Shown one piece after another: positions 62,608 to 64,000 of a stretch of DNA of 64,000 nt. Position 1 is the stretch's first letter, and each line of letters starts with the position of its first letter. Made by a program: the position numbers and the translations under genes. The notes beneath the pieces are model-generated. The model was not told the DNA's origin. It searched no databases and saw only the letters and a list, made by a program, of their open reading frames with translations. The stretch is from Candidatus Saccharimonadota bacterium (GTDB lineage Bacteria > Patescibacteriota > Saccharimonadia > Saccharimonadales > Saccharimonadaceae), in assembly GCA_017432305.1 (NCBI GenBank), contig JAFRJK010000008.1:78866-142865 (forward strand). The letters are read 5' to 3'.

Positions 62608-64000
62608 ATGTTTATATTTAAAAATGCGCTAGTTTCCATTACCAGAAATAAAGGTAGAAATATTTTAATTGCACTAATTATTATGGTGATTGCAGCGGCT
62701 TGTGCTGTTACACTCGCAATTCGTGAAAGTGCAGAAAAAATTATCGGAAGCTATGAAGAGCAAAATAAAATCGAAGCAACGATTAGCTTAGATAGAAATA
62801 ATTTAATGAGCGAGTTTAAAGATGGAGAAAAATCTCCAGAAGAAATGATTAATTCATTTAATAATATTGAAAGTGTTTCAGAAGATGAGATAAAAACTTA
62901 TGGTGAAAGTGAATACCTAAGCGGCTATTATTATACCTATGACCTTTCTGTAAACGCAAAAGATATTCAAGAAGCGACCGATAGTCTAGTTAAAGAAACG
63001 ACCACGACCGAAACTGAAAGCACGACGAAAACTGAAAAATTTGGGAACTTTAGCGGTGATATGGGTATGCCTCCAATGGGTGGCGGTTCGAGCGGATCTT
63101 CCGGCTCGAGAACTACAATCGATCGAAAAACTACAACAAAGAAAACCGAAAAAATCTTCAACGAAAAAGCTGAATCCGGCGCTTTCACTTTAACCGGCTA
63201 TAATAGCTACGACGACATGAAAGACTTCGTTAACGGAAATTATACAATTACAAGTGGCGAGGTTAGCGGTGATTTTGATAGCGATACCTGCGTGATTAGT
63301 GAAGAGCTTGCAACATTAAATAATCTTGAAGTTGGGAGTAAAATCACTATCGTCGATCCAAAAGATGAATCGAAGACCTACGAACTCGAAATCACGGGGA
63401 TTTATAAAGAAAATACCGACTCTTCGAGCGACATGGGAAAAATGTTCACGAATTCCGCAAATAAAATTATTACGAACGCAAATTTCGTGAAAAAAGTCCT
63501 CGCCGGGAATAGCAACCTAAAGGCAACCTTAACTCCAACTTTCATAGTCAAGGATAGTGAAAGTGTCGAAAAGTTTTCCGAAGAAGTAAAAGAAAAAGGT
63601 CTTTCAACTCGCTATGAGGTTACCTCGAACGTTGAAGAGATTAAAAACGCAACCGAGTCAGTTAAAAATGTCCGAGTTTTCGCAACTACTTTCCTAATCA
63701 TTACACTCGTAATTGGTGGTGTTGTCCTAATTGTGATTAATATGATTAATATCCGTGAAAGACGCTATGAAATCGGAGTTCTTAGAACAATCGGAATGAA
63801 GAAAAGTAAAGTCGCAGCCCAATTTATTATTGAACTTCTCATCGTTTGTATTGGCTCTTTATCACTCGGTGCAGTTGCTGGTTCGTTCGCTAGTGTTCCA
63901 GTTGCAAATTCGCTTCTTGAAAGTGAAATTAAAAACGCAAATAGTAAATATGAAAATATTAGTAATAACTTTGGTGGTGGACCGTCTATGTCTCCAATGG
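62608..64000 (+). CDS. FtsX/MacB-like ABC transporter permease (3' end outside the window)
   Basis: Open frame from the ATG at 62608 (AAAGGA upstream) to the window end, checked by manual translation. It reads MFIFKNALVSITRNKGRNILIALIIMVIAAA... then a large ectodomain, then ...INIRERRYEIGVLRTIGMKKSKVAAQFIIELLIV. Confidence 0.8.
   Translation, partial: MFIFKNALVSITRNKGRNILIALIIMVIAAACAVTLAIRESAEKIIGSYEEQNKIEATISLDRNNLMSEFKDGEKSPEEMINSFNNIESVSEDEIKTYGESEYLSGYYYTYDLSVNAKDIQEATDSLVKETTTTETESTTKTEKFGNFSGDMGMPPMGGGSSGSSGSRTTIDRKTTTKKTEKIFNEKAESGAFTLTGYNSYDDMKDFVNGNYTITSGEVSGDFDSDTCVISEELATLNNLEVGSKITIVDPKDESKTYELEITGIYKENTDSSSDMGKMFTNSANKIITNANFVKKVLAGNSNLKATLTPTFIVKDSESVEKFSEEVKEKGLSTRYEVTSNVEEIKNATESVKNVRVFATTFLIITLVIGGVVLIVINMINIRERRYEIGVLRTIGMKKSKVAAQFIIELLIVCIGSLSLGAVAGSFASVPVANSLLESEIKNANSKYENISNNFGGGPSMSPM

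Noticed and set aside
1-64000. I looked for transposases, integrases, phage structural genes and IS termini that could explain the repeats and the GC island.
   Set aside because: No ORF in the window shows DDE, tyrosine-recombinase, serine-recombinase or HUH motifs that I can recognise. The only nuclease-type gene is the HNH protein at 6397..6915.

Overview
This is a 64-kb chromosomal segment from a low-GC bacterium (about 36-40% GC by eye) that uses the standard genetic code. The gene content includes an LPXTG surface protein, a type IV pilin, a class III RNR, shortened or split housekeeping genes and many leaderless TATAAT-N6-ATG starts. This looks like a reduced-genome Patescibacteria/CPR (Saccharibacteria-like) organism, but that assignment is inference only. 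Most of the window is housekeeping: ruvB, rubrerythrin, dus, ruvA, yebC, recA-nudix-recX, a nrdH-like gene, dCMP deaminase, nrdD/nrdG, tilS, tsaE/tsaB, rny, trxB, lepA, hrcA-grpE with a CIRCE operator, a two-ORF phosphoketolase, PBP1A, tyrS, tpiA, gpx, folD, murB, a membrane-anchored Clp-like AAA+ protein, an OmpR/histidine-kinase pair and an FtsX permease. There are five tRNAs (Ser-TGA, Met/Ile2-CAT, Thr-CGT, His-GTG, Gly-TCC). I saw no rRNA, CRISPR array, transposase, integrase or reverse transcriptase. The stand-out signal is an intergenic repeat family of 17 full-length copies (200-215 nt) plus 2 degenerate copies. Each copy has a near-invariant 21-nt head, TTGGATTTTTGGAGGGGTGGG (reads LDFWRGG), a highly diverged interior that stays open and protein-like, and a conserved tail, ATCCGTTGCG.. 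(reads IRC..). Convergent copies overlap at the tail to form an 18-nt palindrome that encodes I-R-C-A-T-D on both strands. The copies lack ATG starts and Shine-Dalgarno sites. They are organised head-to-head and tail-to-tail around conserved AT-rich spacers, and one 71-nt junction occurs as a 70/71 inverted repeat on both sides of trxB. I read them as a repertoire of silent C-terminal cassettes of a lectin-like (FISUMP/DUF1566-like) domain, used for recombinational variation by gene conversion or shufflon-like inversion. No expression locus or recombinase is in this window. A second notable region is a higher-GC island (about 46.75-50.55 kb) with consensus promoters and long structured leaders, followed by an LPXTG adhesin and a very large polytopic membrane protein.
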